This document shows, piece by piece, positions 46,003-46,088 of a DNA stretch of 46,088 nucleotides; positions within the stretch are counted from its first letter, which is position 1; each line of letters opens with the position of its first letter. Made by a program: the position numbers and the translations under genes. The DNA is from Ignavibacteriota bacterium (GTDB lineage Bacteria > Bacteroidota > Ignavibacteria > Palsa-1295), in NCBI GenBank assembly GCA_025357895.1, contig JANYLL010000266.1, positions 1 through 46,088 of the forward strand, read 5' to 3'. The notes under the pieces were generated by a model. The model saw only the letters and a list, made by a program, of their open reading frames with translations. It was not told the DNA's origin and did not search any database.

Positions 46003-46088
46003 TCAGTTTGTCGATTGTTCCATTTTCTGATTTAATGTAAACTTTAGGTTTGCCATCCGATTCAATCACTATTTCGTGTTTAAATTCC

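Noticed and set aside
1-46088. Search for tRNA, rRNA, tmRNA, CRISPR arrays, transposases and integrases.
   Set aside because: No T-loop-like GGTTCGAATCC occurs outside coding sequence. There are no regularly spaced direct repeats and no DDE or tyrosine-recombinase-like ORFs. Absence by eye is not proof, and tRNAscan, Infernal or ISfinder would settle it.

Overview
A moderately AT-rich chromosomal window, probably from an FCB-superphylum bacterium (Bacteroidota/Ignavibacteriota-like). The phylum call is an inference from three secreted proteins with T9SS-type C-terminal sorting domains, a bacilliredoxin and sigma-54. I support about 42 protein genes. I saw no rRNA, tRNA, CRISPR array, transposase or integrase. 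Most content is housekeeping: accA, priA, apt, rpoN, ugd, a UDP-xylose synthase, a pepF-like M3 peptidase and a NamZ-like DUF1343 protein. Accessory genes are interspersed. These are a BrnT/BrnA toxin-antitoxin pair plus an orphan HicB-like gene, a single-polypeptide MmeI-family (Type IIL) restriction-modification enzyme, and an Mrr-type Type IV nuclease followed by a truncated PD-(D/E)xK nuclease ORF at the window edge. Five things look most worth a second look. (1) The 460-bp AT-rich ugd/MmeI intergenic region holds a dense cluster of DnaA-box-like 9-mers beside a tandem AT-rich 10-mer, exactly where gene orientation flips, so it is a candidate oriC or DnaA-controlled locus. (2) A 1088-aa Gly/Thr/Asn-rich fibre protein is built from about 7-residue xTNxIxG repeats with large internal duplications, and has a Sec signal but no recognisable T9SS tail or autotransporter anchor. 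(3) A family of intergenic palindromic elements with GGTAG...CTACC termini recurs after genes, and related GGCGGACT hairpins bracket the restriction-modification gene. (4) A truncated haemoglobin carries a lipoprotein signal. (5) A perfect 7-bp x4 tandem repeat is translated as the inter-domain linker of a bi-domain oxidoreductase. I cannot show that any of these is an undescribed multi-gene system. All product calls come from by-eye motif recognition, with no database search.
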